DNA of 64,000 nucleotides from Pocillopora damicornis (Eukaryota): NCBI RefSeq assembly GCF_003704095.1, contig NW_020843402.1, positions 248,001 to 312,000 of the forward strand, read 5' to 3'. Shown piece by piece: positions 63,201 to 64,000 of this stretch (position 1 is its first letter; each line of letters starts with the position of its first letter). The notes under the pieces were generated by a model. It saw only the letters and a program-made list of their open reading frames with translations, ran no database searches and was not told where the DNA came from. The position numbers and the translations under genes were made by a program.

Positions 63201-63988
63201 ATAGATAGTTTTTGGAAACGTCAAGTTGTGTTTTCCTTGCTTATTATTCTTGACAACTAAGGACCACATCCCTCCCCTTGTAAGCCGCACCGTTGAAGAG
63301 GAAGTTTACACACTTACCAGATAATTCTGACGTAAAGACCTTTGCCACTGAGAAATGTAAAGATCAGGAACGAAGTGTTAGAGTATCACATTGCAATGTT
63401 AGTTTTTTTGCGGGTCTGTTAAGTGCTTGCAGGACATTAGGACAGAAATAACTCTGCTTTCAGATGGGCTTTTACATGGTCTTACAGCCGGGAAACAACA
63501 AATTTTAGCCGGCAAACAACAAATGTGATCTGCTCTCCTGTATGTTTAAAAAACTCAGTAAAGACATGCTTTAAAGTATCCGCAAGAACTATTTGATATC
63601 TCGAAGAAAAAACATATCAGATTCTATGTGAGAAATTGAGCCAACAACATAAGATCTGCAACTTGCAGTTTGAGACGAACTCAGCGTTTGACCTTTCTGC
63701 AAGCGGGATCAACTAAAACATATTTTTTTGCCGTGAGTTTACAATCATTCACAAAAAAAAGGTGTCTACTCACAAATGGCGTCGTGGAACGGATAAGAAA
63801 CTAAAAAGAAACAGAATATTTATCAGTTATAATGAGTCATGCATTTAAGAGTTTTAATCTCCACAAATCCTAACGGTTGAAATATGAGATTCTATAAGAT
63901 CAAGTCTTAGATATTTTCTTTACACTTAAAACGATTACCAATAGGAAAAATGAACATTTCTACTTACAGCAGGAGTCAGCTGAGGAAA
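57272..63988 (-). CDS. 3' part of an uncharacterised micro-exon-rich gene (exons 63988-63968, 63347-63318, 63113-63084, 62753-62712, 62245-62222, 62126-62073, 61655-61589, 60839-60835?, 58785-58681, 58053-58012, 57919-57856, 57643-57525, 57288-57272); 5' end outside the window
   Basis: Each exon has a pyrimidine-rich AG acceptor and a GT donor. They join into one stop-free frame of ~205 aa: SSADSCLAKVFTSELSDDDVEELIKQDLVKDAGDTEEVVDAFEDTFKK...GKELADGEIDTKAYFKN*. Confidence 0.65.
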
Positions 63989-64000
63989 CTAGAAAAAAAA

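Overview
AT-rich, intron-containing animal DNA from a draft assembly with five N-gaps. It is probably a cnidarian or stony coral, inferred from repeat types and gene style. From left to right it holds: an intronless class A GPCR (-); 14 exons of the C-terminal half of cytosolic leucyl-tRNA synthetase (LARS1-like, +); and a rearranged block (~13.7-34.6 kb) with five full or partial copies of an intronless multi-pass membrane gene plus inverted LARS fragments. After that come a paralogous GPCR lacking DRY and NPxxY (-), WBP4/FBP21 (-), a secreted DUF2341-like + ConA-like + fibrinogen-like protein (+), UTP18 (-) head-to-head with an F-box/LRR gene (+), and the 3' part of an unknown gene built mostly of symmetric phase-1 micro-exons (-). 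The strongest lead is the LeuRS: its last three in-frame exons encode an IleRS-type UNE-I repeat where UNE-L normally sits. All exon models were read by hand from splice sites and phase; no searches were run.
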